A stretch of 64,000 nucleotides of DNA. It comes from an uncultured Bacilli bacterium. Lineage in GTDB: Bacteria; Bacillota_I; Bacilli_A; RF39; UBA660. Location of the stretch: contig CALVOV010000006.1 in NCBI GenBank assembly GCA_944350385.1, forward strand, positions 3,213 to 67,212, read 5' to 3'. The notes beneath the pieces are model-generated. The model was not told the DNA's origin. It saw nothing but the letters and a program-made list of their open reading frames with translations, and did no database searches. Position numbers and translations under genes: made by a program. This document shows, one piece after another, positions 40,577-49,142 of the stretch; within the stretch, counting starts at the first letter, position 1, and each line of letters begins with the position of its first letter.

Positions 40577-41221
40577 TTACTCACCATTCCTTACCCAAAA
40601 TAGTGTTTTCTTAGAGATTAGTGAAATTATACCCGAAAATATAGCTCCTAATATTCCCATAAATACTATTCCTAAAAATACTTTTTCATAGGATAATAAA
40701 GTATAGTTTTTCCAGGTATAATACCCCAATCCTACTTTTCCACTTATCATCTCTGCCATGATAACACTTAACCAAGCTCCACTAATTCCTAACATCAGTG
40801 CTGTAAATATATTTGGAAGAATGCTTGGGAGAACTATTTTTAAATATTTGTCCTTCCTATTTAACTTATATAGTTTGGCTATATTTAAATAGTTTATAGG
40901 AATGTTATCTAGTGATCGATAAATATTTAAAAACATAGGAAAAAAAGCCCCAATGAAAGTAATAAACAAAATACTTTGTTCAATAGTTGCACATATTATA
41001 ATGGCGATAGGTACCCAACCTGCATTTGGGATTGGTCGTAATAATTCTATTATTGGATACACTATTTTTCTTAGATATTTAAATTCATATAAAAGAAAAG
41101 CAAGTGTAATAGCAACAACAAAGGCAATTGAAAAACCTAGTAATACATTTTTTAATGATTCTAGAATATTCAAATAAAGATTTGTTGTTAATAATTCATC
41201 GATAATAATTTTAAAATTCAT
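40577..41221 (-). CDS. ABC transporter permease (SsuC/TauC-like)
   Basis: LRPIP..GWVP, EAA-like loop (YLNIAKLY...KIVLPSILP) and AEMI.G..GLGY. Confidence 0.9.
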   Translation of the reverse strand: MNFKIIIDELLTTNLYLNILESLKNVLLGFSIAFVVAITLAFLLYEFKYLRKIVYPIIELLRPIPNAGWVPIAIIICATIEQSILFITFIGAFFPMFLNIYRSLDNIPINYLNIAKLYKLNRKDKYLKIVLPSILPNIFTALMLGISGAWLSVIMAEMISGKVGLGYYTWKNYTLLSYEKVFLGIVFMGILGAIFSGIISLISKKTLFWVRNGE

Positions 41222-41225
41222 TATT

Positions 41226-42218
41226 TCACTCTCCTTTGTAGATATATTTATCCAAATCGAATTTATCTACTTGCTTTAAATTTATTAAGAAATCTTGCTT
41301 ATCTTTTAAAGTATCTATATCTTTTGTAGTAATTGAAGTATCCCACAAAATACTTTTTACTTCAGTTTCAGTAACCGTTTGATTAAAGCCATTTTCAATG
41401 CTAAATATTTTGGCTGCTTCTTTTGGATTTTCTTTAATAAATTTATGAGCTTCTTCTAGAGAATCAATAAATAATTGCACGATATCTTTATTTTCTTTTG
41501 CCCAATTGTTATTTACTATTACACCTGCTAAATAATCTATTTCTGATTCTGTGCCTTCTGCCAATATTTCTGCACTTCCTTCATTTACTAAGAAATTAGG
41601 ATATGGTGCCCAAATGGCGAAAGCATCGGTTTTCTTTGTTTTTAATAATTGACTTGCTAAAGCAACATCTTGATGAACAATCTCTACTTTATCAAGTAAG
41701 TCGTATTTTTCTAATACTTTCATAAGCATATAGTGCGCACTTGATCCTATAGGAGTAGAAATTACTTTTCCTTCTAAGTCAGATATTTCTTTAATCTCAG
41801 AGTTCTTCGGTACTAAAATACTTTGATTTTTTCCAGACTCTCCTTTACCATCAAAGGCTATTAAAGAAGATTCATAGTCATCTAGTGTTGCTGATTTAGA
41901 CATGTTTAAAATTAGGGGCATATCTCCCATAAAACCAATTTGAATTTTATTAGAAATCATATTAGTATTAATAACCGCTCCTGATATTTCATCATGCCAA
42001 ATAACTTTTACTTTTTTATCTGGATATTTTTCTTGTAATTTTTTTGTAAAAATATTCTTGTTTTTAATTATTAATGCTCCCCATGTTTGGCTGGTAACAC
42101 TTTGATAACCCACATCAATTTGAAGAGTGTCTTTCTTATAATAACTACTTGTACCAATTACTAATAATATTACAAATAATATTATTACTATTATCAATAT
42201 TTTCTTCTTTGAACCCAT
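41226..42218 (-). CDS. ABC substrate-binding protein, SsuA/NMT1 (nitrate/sulfonate-type) family, membrane anchored
   Basis: N-terminal TM; GYQS, GFMGDMP, DLEGKVISTPIGSSAH and DAFAIWAPY; GGAGG RBS. Confidence 0.85.
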   Translation of the reverse strand: MGSKKKILIIVIILFVILLVIGTSSYYKKDTLQIDVGYQSVTSQTWGALIIKNKNIFTKKLQEKYPDKKVKVIWHDEISGAVINTNMISNKIQIGFMGDMPLILNMSKSATLDDYESSLIAFDGKGESGKNQSILVPKNSEIKEISDLEGKVISTPIGSSAHYMLMKVLEKYDLLDKVEIVHQDVALASQLLKTKKTDAFAIWAPYPNFLVNEGSAEILAEGTESEIDYLAGVIVNNNWAKENKDIVQLFIDSLEEAHKFIKENPKEAAKIFSIENGFNQTVTETEVKSILWDTSITTKDIDTLKDKQDFLINLKQVDKFDLDKYIYKGE

Positions 42219-42351
42219 TTAAACCTCCAGCTTTAGACAATTATACAAATTTCATTCTAACTCAATTAATTTTATATGTCTATTTTTTATTGCATTTTTA
42301 TAGGCTTTTTTTACAAAAAAATGTGAAAAAATCAAGTTTCTCACATTTTCT

Positions 42352-42380
42352 TTGACATTATATTATTTTTGTTGTAGTAT
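42352..42380 (+). promoter_or_regulatory. SigA promoter with no downstream ORF
   Basis: TTGACA (42352-42357), 17 nt, TAGTAT (42375-42380). Confidence 0.55.
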
Positions 42381-42417
42381 AAGAGTGTTGGTCTAAAAAT
42401 TATCTTTATAACAATAT

Positions 42418-42456
42418 AAAGAACTTGGTCTATGTCTAATACCATGTTCTTTTTTA
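42418..42456. terminator. Hairpin terminator, possibly bidirectional
   Basis: AAAGAAC-T-TGGT...ACCA-T-GTTCTTT followed by a T run on the plus strand. Confidence 0.6.
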
Positions 42457-42788
42457 TTGATCTTTTTTACTTTATTTTTAATGATGCGATGAAAAGCGGA
42501 ATCTAATAACTTTTTACCAGTATCAATTCATAGACTTTTTGCAGATCTTTTAAAGTAAAATATTTGGGCATCAAATTAAAAACAATATCAGTATAGCTTA
42601 GTTTATTTATAATTCTATATAGACTATTTATTATTACTAAAAGAATACTCGTTTTTTTAATCGGTTATACTATAGTCAGTTGTTTTTTCATTAGAAATGC
42701 TAACTAATAAAATATCCGTTGTTATTGATAGTTTTTCATATTTTGATGAGTCATAATTTCTTAAAAATTCTTCTTCATTTTTACACAT
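42456..42788 (-). pseudogene. nrtR: NrtR-family (Nudix + wHTH) NAD regulon repressor, internally deleted and frameshifted
   Basis: ATG 42788 with GGAG RBS reads MCKNEEEFLRNYDSSKYEKLSITTDILLVSIS...* (stop 42657-42659). Further on: NKLSYTDIVFNLMPKYFTLKDLQKVYELIL/GKKLLDSAFHRII, the NrtR wHTH. The Nudix core is missing. It is the last gene of the nad operon. Confidence 0.8.
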
Positions 42789-42803
42789 ATTCATCTCCAG
42801 ATA

Positions 42804-43268
42804 TTAAACATTTTTCAAAAATAGTTCTTTGACATTTTCAATAACTTGCTGTTTATTTTCTTTTCTAGTTTCTTTAGTTACTTTAATAACACTATCATAA
42901 TATTTATTTTTTTCGCAATCATATATACTAATATAAACTGTTTTATCATCTCCTATTTCATTATTTTGATCTTCTCTGTTTAACTTTCCAGTTATGCCTA
43001 CTCCATAATCAGCGTTAGAAAACGCAGTAATAGCTTTAGCCATATCGTGCGCTGTTTCTATGCTATAAACACTGTAGTTAGTAATGGTTTCTTTTGAAAC
43101 TCCCATTTTTATTTTAGAATCATTAGAATAGGTCACGGCACTATATTCTATTACTTCACTTGCTCCTTCAATATCTGTTATAGCGGATGCTAAAGCTCCT
43201 CCAGTACATGATTCCATTGTAGATATTTTTTTATTTTTCTCAATTAATTTTTTTACTATTTCTTGCAT
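42804..43268 (-). CDS. pncC: NMN deamidase (CinA C-terminal domain)
   Basis: MESCTGG, VTYSN..K and GVGITG; located in the nadE-nadD operon. Confidence 0.88.
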   Translation of the reverse strand: MQEIVKKLIEKNKKISTMESCTGGALASAITDIEGASEVIEYSAVTYSNDSKIKMGVSKETITNYSVYSIETAHDMAKAITAFSNADYGVGITGKLNREDQNNEIGDDKTVYISIYDCEKNKYYDSVIKVTKETRKENKQQVIENVKELFLKNV

Positions 43269-43270
43269 AT

Positions 43271-43828
43271 TTATTTTATCTCTCTTTCGTATAAATGATA
43301 ATTTTTAATGTATGTTAATACTCTTTGGTCTAAGTTGTTATCACTCAAATTATTTCTAATTATAGTTGATGATACTTCTATAGGAATAAAGTTATCAATA
43401 ACTATAAATCTATTATTAGGGAAATTTTCTAAATATTTAGTAATCGCATCTTTGTCTCTTTTGACTATCATTATTTTATATGATAGTATTTCATCAATAT
43501 TTTTCCAAAGATGTAATTTTTTTAAATTGTCAGAACCTATTATTAAATATAATTCATCTTTTGGATATTCTTTTTTTAGACTTCTTAATACTTGATATGT
43601 ATAGGGATAATTATTGTGAATAGAATCTATTTTTATTTTCGATGTTTCAAATATTTTTAAAATATTTAGGCGATCTTTAGTAGGTGCCAAATCTTGTTTA
43701 TCCCAATAATTAGGTGTTGGCAATAATAAAATCATATCTAAATAATTATTATCTACTAAGTAATTTGCAACTTTAATATGTCCTTTATGAACAGGATTGA
43801 AACTACCTACATATATACCTAAGCGCAT
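43271..43828 (-). CDS. nadD: Nicotinate-nucleotide adenylyltransferase
   Basis: GSFNPVHKGH, IIGSDN, W and VSSTIIR. Confidence 0.92.
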   Translation of the reverse strand: MRLGIYVGSFNPVHKGHIKVANYLVDNNYLDMILLLPTPNYWDKQDLAPTKDRLNILKIFETSKIKIDSIHNNYPYTYQVLRSLKKEYPKDELYLIIGSDNLKKLHLWKNIDEILSYKIMIVKRDKDAITKYLENFPNNRFIVIDNFIPIEVSSTIIRNNLSDNNLDQRVLTYIKNYHLYEREIK

Positions 43829-44562
43829 CTTTTATACTCGGGAATAATGAATTTATGTAGACTATTTTTATGTAATTTTTCTATTCTTTCTTTCGTATCT
43901 TGTGATAATTTTTCATTATTCAAGTATTTTTCTATGTCTTTATAAGAAACACCTAATTTTTCTTCATCTGTTTTATTAGATAAGCCATCACTTGGTGCTT
44001 TATATAATACTTTTTCAGGCACTTCTAAAACTTCTCCTATTTTTATTACTTCAGAAACTGTTAAATTGATTAAAGGCTTTATATCACAAACCGAGTCTCC
44101 TCCTTTAGTAAAATAGCCAACATAAGCTTCTGATCTATTTGATGTACCAGCAACTATATAAGTTCCTTTTTTAATATTTGAAAAAATTGAGGCAACATAA
44201 TATAAAGTACTCATGCGAAGACGCGGCTTAATATTTATATCAGCATTAGTTGTTTCTTTTGTAATATTTGAAAATTGTTTTTTAAAAGTATAATATGTAT
44301 CTGTTAAATCTACATTAATTAGTTCGATATCATATTTTTTAGCAACCAACTGAGCATCTTTACGATCATTTTCTTTTGATTCACAAGGCATAGTAACACC
44401 AATTACATTTTCTTTTCCTAAAGCCTTAGTCATTAGCGCTGTTACTACAGCAGAATCTTTTCCGCCACTTATACCTACTACAGCCCCCTTTAATTTGTTA
44501 TCAACAAAATATTTCTTTATAAATTCGATAATTTTTTTAGTTTCTTCTTTAGCATTAAACAT
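43819..44562 (-). CDS. nadE: NH3-dependent NAD synthetase
   Basis: GISGGKDS, NIKPRLRM, GTSNRSE..VGYFTKGGD and PSDGL...TDEE. Confidence 0.94.
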   Translation of the reverse strand: MFNAKEETKKIIEFIKKYFVDNKLKGAVVGISGGKDSAVVTALMTKALGKENVIGVTMPCESKENDRKDAQLVAKKYDIELINVDLTDTYYTFKKQFSNITKETTNADINIKPRLRMSTLYYVASIFSNIKKGTYIVAGTSNRSEAYVGYFTKGGDSVCDIKPLINLTVSEVIKIGEVLEVPEKVLYKAPSDGLSNKTDEEKLGVSYKDIEKYLNNEKLSQDTKERIEKLHKNSLHKFIIPEYKRCA

Positions 44563-44640
44563 AGTTATTCTCCTTAATATATTTTTTACCTTTTTTACTT
44601 TTTTATTCTATTATTTACTTTTTAAGATTTTATTAATAAC

Positions 44641-44669
44641 ATTTTAATTTTATATCAAATCATTGTCAA
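44641..44669 (-). promoter_or_regulatory. SigA promoter of the nad operon
   Basis: TTGACA, 17 nt, TAAAAT. Confidence 0.7.
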
Positions 44670-44670
44670 T

Positions 44671-44704
44671 AAAAAATAAAAACTCAAGATTTTATCTTGA
44701 GTTT
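44671..44704 (-). terminator. Terminator after trxB
   Basis: AAACTCAAGAT-ttt-ATCTTGAGTTT hairpin overlapping the stop codon, followed by a T run. Confidence 0.75.
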
Positions 44705-45591
44705 ACTTGTTCTTTAATGGCAGTCGTTGCCGCTACTGAACCATCTCCTACAGCTGTTGTTAATTGTCTTAGAGTTTTTACGCGAGCATCACCCGCTACA
44801 TATATACCTGGACAATTAGTATGAACACCATCTGTAGAAATAATATAGCCCTTGTCATCTAATTCGATAATATCTTTAAATATTTGATTTTTTGGTGTTT
44901 GACCTACAGCAATAAATAATCCTTCTATTGCTAATTCTTGTTGTTTACCAGTATTATATTCTATTACAATAGTTTCTAATTTGTCTTTTCCTTTTAATTC
45001 GATAATATTGGCGTTTAAAATATATTCAATATTTTTCTTTTCTTTTAATTCTTCTAGGCTTTTAGAATCTGCTCTAAATTCATCACGACGGTGAATTAAA
45101 TAAACTTTAGAAACGATATCTGCAAGATAGATAGCATCTGCAATTGCTGTATTACCTCCACCTGCTACTGCAACAACTTTATCTTTGAAAAAGTTTCCAT
45201 CGCATGTTGCACAATAAGAGACCCCTTTACCAATAAATTCTGTTTCTCTATTTAAATTTAATTTTCTGTTTTCTGATCCTGTTGCTAAAATTATACTTTT
45301 AGCTTGATACTGATTTTTATTAGTATATACATTTTTGTCTTTATCTATTCTAATTACAGTTTCATATTTTATTTCTCCACCCAATTTTTTTACTTGATTA
45401 TATAAGGTAGTAGCAAAATCGAAACCAGATATTTGTTCTATTCCTGGATAATTTTCAACATTACCAGCATTGATGATTTGACCACCATAACTCTTAGCTT
45501 CGAAAACTAAAATTTTTTTGTTGGCACGTAAAGCATATAAAGCTGCTGTTAAACCGGCTGGTCCAGCACCTACAATAATAATATCATACAT
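44692..45591 (-). CDS. trxB: Thioredoxin reductase
   Basis: GAGPAG, GVSYCATCDG, GGGNTA and HRRDEFRA. Likely start is ATG 45591 (GGAGG RBS). Confidence 0.93.
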   Translation of the reverse strand: MYDIIIVGAGPAGLTAALYALRANKKILVFEAKSYGGQIINAGNVENYPGIEQISGFDFATTLYNQVKKLGGEIKYETVIRIDKDKNVYTNKNQYQAKSIILATGSENRKLNLNRETEFIGKGVSYCATCDGNFFKDKVVAVAGGGNTAIADAIYLADIVSKVYLIHRRDEFRADSKSLEELKEKKNIEYILNANIIELKGKDKLETIVIEYNTGKQQELAIEGLFIAVGQTPKNQIFKDIIELDDKGYIISTDGVHTNCPGIYVAGDARVKTLRQLTTAVGDGSVAATTAIKEQVNSR

Positions 45592-45668
45592 AGTAAATAC
45601 CTCCTGTTTCATTATACTATATTATCTATTTTTCCTGCCACTTTTTTATAAAAAAAAGATAGCTATAA

Positions 45669-47834
45669 CTATCTTTTTCTATTAGATTCTATTTCTGTTG
45701 TTAATACTTCTTGATAATTTTGATAATCATCAACTATGTTAACAATGTCTTTTTGATATTTTCCTCTTTTTTTGTTTGTTTTTATCGTATTAATTAAAGT
45801 TGGTATATTACTAATATTGTTAATCGATTCTACTAATGGCTTATATTTCTTTTTACTTTTACCAATTATTTTTCTATCTTTTTTAGAACTTCTATTTAAT
45901 AAGCATTCTGTTGCGATAAAGATTCTCAAAGCCATTTCATCGTTACCTTCTTGAATAGATTTTTTTTCTGCTCTTTCATATCTAGCTTCTTTTTCAAGTA
46001 AGTCAATATCTAGGTTACGCTCTTTTGTAAGTCTTCTAGTAATAAATGGAATCTCTAGTGTACGAGTACCTTTATTTAGAGCTTGAATTCCACTAGATAC
46101 GAGTGTTTTAGCTGTTTCATAATCAGAACGAACTTTAGCAACTTCTAATGCTTTTCCTTTAAGAGCCTTAGTACGATATTTTAAATATTGTTCTTTTTGT
46201 TTTGGTGCTAAATCGTTATTTCTTAATATGTAATCAATTGTATCTATTTCACGCATGCAATTATATAATTCTTGATATTTAGTTACAATATTTTTATTAA
46301 GTTTACTTACTTTTTCATTAGCAAATCTAACTACTCTATCTTTTATCAACTTATTTATACTACTACCTAATTTTTCTTCTTTTGCATGATTACCATATTC
46401 TTTAAATAAAATCATTAAATCTTTATCTGGTAGGTGATCTAGTCTATTCTTAACTATATTTAATCTTTGTTTTACTATTTTTTGGGAAATTATTCTTTCT
46501 TTGGCCTTTTGAAATAATTGAAAAGGAAGTTTGATTACTCGTGGAACAATATGAATAACATTATATAAAACTTTACCTAAGTGTAATTCATTTTTAAATT
46601 TTTGACTTATAGTAAGATTGGTAGCACGATATGGTTTATTGCTTTTTATTGTTGGTAAATCTTTAACTAACTTAGCAAGAATAGTCTTATAGCCATATTC
46701 TGGTTTTGGTAATTCTATTGATTCATGAATTGGTTTCTTTGGTGTTTCTTTCATGATTTGTTTTGGTATATCTTTCATTGGTCTTTTAGTAATTTCTTCT
46801 AAATCATGTAGTTTTCTATCAATTATTTTTTGAAGAGATTCAACAGATAATTGCTCTTCTTTTGCTACTACTTCTTTTATTTCTTTATTATTAGGTAGAG
46901 GCTTTTTGATACTTCTTTTTGCTTGTTCAACTTTTGATGCTAATAGTTTATCTTGTACTATTTTTTTATTTTTTTCTACTTCTTCACTAGATTGAACAAA
47001 TAAACTATTTCCTTTATTAGCTAATTCTGTTAATCCTAAATCATTTAAAAATTTATTTAATTCTGCACGTTTATTAGTTCTATTAATAATACTTTCATAA
47101 TCATCGGGATTAATATTTATTTTTTTAGCTTCTTTTACAATAGTTCTTCTCATATTTATATTTTTATCTATTATATCTATTTGTTTTCTTAATCTATGAG
47201 CCACTTTTTTATTTTCTTCTAATATTTTATTTTCTGATATTTTTTGATTCATATAATCAAGATTAAATTTATCTAAGTCTTCTTCTGTTTCAAATAATCC
47301 TTTTGAATTTCTCTCTTCTTTTTCATTAGTAAAAATGTCACGTATTTTAATAATAGATTCAGCAATCTTTTCTTCTACTTCTCTCACTTGTTGTTCTAAA
47401 GTACTTCTTTGTTCTAGTAATTCATTTATTTTTTTATCTTCTACTACTGGAGAAGCTATTATTTCTTTTGATAAGTTTTCATCCAAAGAATAATTTAACT
47501 TTCTAGTAATAAAGTCGCTTCTAAGTAAAATTTCTTCACTAATTTGATTTTTTAGAGATAAATCTTCTTCTTTATTGTAAATTTTAGCTAACTTATCAAT
47601 ATCTTCTCGATAACTATTTATTAAATCTATTGTTGAAAGTAACTCTTTTTCTTCATTAAGTGTCTTTTCTATTTTAGCTATTGAGTCGTTTATTCTTGCA
47701 TTTTCGATATTATAATTTTCTACTGACCAAGCACGATGTGATTGAGCCAAAGCTCTTCTTTCTAAATATAATCTTTCTAATTTGATATTATTATCTTTAA
47801 TTGATTGTTTTAATTTTTCATAATAGGTTGTCAT
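45669..47834 (-). CDS. Large hypothetical coiled-coil protein
   Basis: 721-aa ORF with GAGGTG RBS; K/E-rich heptad pattern; no recognisable catalytic motif. Confidence 0.75.
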   Translation of the reverse strand: MTTYYEKLKQSIKDNNIKLERLYLERRALAQSHRAWSVENYNIENARINDSIAKIEKTLNEEKELLSTIDLINSYREDIDKLAKIYNKEEDLSLKNQISEEILLRSDFITRKLNYSLDENLSKEIIASPVVEDKKINELLEQRSTLEQQVREVEEKIAESIIKIRDIFTNEKEERNSKGLFETEEDLDKFNLDYMNQKISENKILEENKKVAHRLRKQIDIIDKNINMRRTIVKEAKKININPDDYESIINRTNKRAELNKFLNDLGLTELANKGNSLFVQSSEEVEKNKKIVQDKLLASKVEQAKRSIKKPLPNNKEIKEVVAKEEQLSVESLQKIIDRKLHDLEEITKRPMKDIPKQIMKETPKKPIHESIELPKPEYGYKTILAKLVKDLPTIKSNKPYRATNLTISQKFKNELHLGKVLYNVIHIVPRVIKLPFQLFQKAKERIISQKIVKQRLNIVKNRLDHLPDKDLMILFKEYGNHAKEEKLGSSINKLIKDRVVRFANEKVSKLNKNIVTKYQELYNCMREIDTIDYILRNNDLAPKQKEQYLKYRTKALKGKALEVAKVRSDYETAKTLVSSGIQALNKGTRTLEIPFITRRLTKERNLDIDLLEKEARYERAEKKSIQEGNDEMALRIFIATECLLNRSSKKDRKIIGKSKKKYKPLVESINNISNIPTLINTIKTNKKRGKYQKDIVNIVDDYQNYQEVLTTEIESNRKR

Positions 47835-47847
47835 CTTTACACCTCTT

Positions 47848-48108
47848 CTATTTACTTTGTCGTTCTATTTCAAGTAATACATCATGAATCATATCTAATT
47901 CTTTAGGATCTGTTATGTCTTCTAGAGAGCCATTTCCTAAAGCAGGGTCATAGGAAGAAATATATATATTTTTTCTGCCATCATCAGTTATGCTATGATC
48001 TGTATAACCTATATAAGCTTTATTGGTATCTGGTGAATCAAAAGTGAATAACACTTCGCATTCTACTTCTTCTCCATCCTTTAGTATCACTATTTTCTCG
48101 TTCTCCAT
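47848..48108 (-). CDS. DUF1292 protein
   Basis: Acidic; DGEEVECEVLFTF......Y..YT...L..I...E pattern. Confidence 0.8.
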   Translation of the reverse strand: MENEKIVILKDGEEVECEVLFTFDSPDTNKAYIGYTDHSITDDGRKNIYISSYDPALGNGSLEDITDPKELDMIHDVLLEIERQSK

Positions 48109-48184
48109 TTTATTCCTTACACCTCTTAAAAAAAGTCACCTATAGGGTAACATGCTATGCTAAAAAAGTCAATAAAATGACTTA

Positions 48185-48682
48185 TTAACTGATGACTTTA
48201 ACTGTTATTAATTCTCTATCATTTGTCTTTTTATTGGCTTTTATTTTTATAGTAAATATATCTTCTTGCTCTACATCTGCTATTAATTTATTTTCTATTA
48301 AAATATTGTTTTCTGGAAGAACATTTTCTTCTCCATTATTTTTATATAATTCCATCGAAATTTCTTCTGGAGCAGTTAGTTGAATTGCATATAATACTTC
48401 TTCTTGATTAATGTTATTATCTTTAGAATTACTTACTTTAAAAGAGTAGTATTTTTCTTCTCCTGGTGACATATTGGCTACATCAACACTTATTTCACTA
48501 TTGGTATCTTTTCCTAATACTGGTATAACAATACTAGATTTAACTTTATTTTTATTTTCTTTATTTAAATTAACTGCTTTATATCCTAAGAAGATAGTTA
48601 TTATTAGCATACAAATAAATACTAAAGCTAGAATTAATTCTAAGGTATCATTAGGTTTTAAATTTATTTTTTTCTTTTTCAT
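48185..48682 (-). CDS. Membrane-anchored beta-sandwich protein (TasA/camelysin-like pattern)
   Basis: One TM helix followed by NMSPGEEKYYSFKVSN...Y.I.L. Confidence 0.55.
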   Translation of the reverse strand: MKKKKINLKPNDTLELILALVFICMLIITIFLGYKAVNLNKENKNKVKSSIVIPVLGKDTNSEISVDVANMSPGEEKYYSFKVSNSKDNNINQEEVLYAIQLTAPEEISMELYKNNGEENVLPENNILIENKLIADVEQEDIFTIKIKANKKTNDRELITVKVIS

Positions 48683-49134
48683 TAATATCTATCTCCTTGA
48701 TAAAATTCTAATAATGTGTCACAATCTATGCTATCGATTTTTGTTTTGTTTATTAATGTATTTTTATTGTTTAAAAAGTCATAAATATCTTTATCTCTAA
48801 AACCTATTTTATCAGCTTCTTCTCTAGTTGAAGAATAATAAATGTCTTTTATATTAGCCCAAATAATTGCTGATAAGCACATAGGACAAGGTTCACAAGT
48901 TGAATATATTTTACATCCTGATAAGTCTTGAGAATTTCTTTTTCTGCAAGCTTCTCTAATTGCTACTATTTCAGCATGATTTGTTGGATCATGGCTGGTT
49001 AAAACTTTATTATGGCCCGTGCTAAGTATTTGATTATTTTCGTCAATTATTACAGCACCAAATGGTCCTCCATCACCTAAAGATATTCCTTTTTTTGCTT
49101 CTTCTATTCCTAATTTGATAATTTTTTCTTCCAT
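48682..49134 (-). CDS. guaD: Nucleoside/guanine deaminase (cytidine deaminase fold)
   Basis: GGPFGAVI, DPTNHAEIVAIR and STCEPCPMCLSAIIWA, as in B. subtilis GuaD. Confidence 0.8.
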   Translation of the reverse strand: MEEKIIKLGIEEAKKGISLGDGGPFGAVIIDENNQILSTGHNKVLTSHDPTNHAEIVAIREACRKRNSQDLSGCKIYSTCEPCPMCLSAIIWANIKDIYYSSTREEADKIGFRDKDIYDFLNNKNTLINKTKIDSIDCDTLLEFYQGDRY

Positions 49135-49142
49135 AATTTCAC

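Noticed and set aside
35022-42450. Calling the operon a mobile element or genomic island
   Set aside because: No integrase, transposase, tRNA target or flanking direct repeats were seen, and composition is not visibly different from the flanks.
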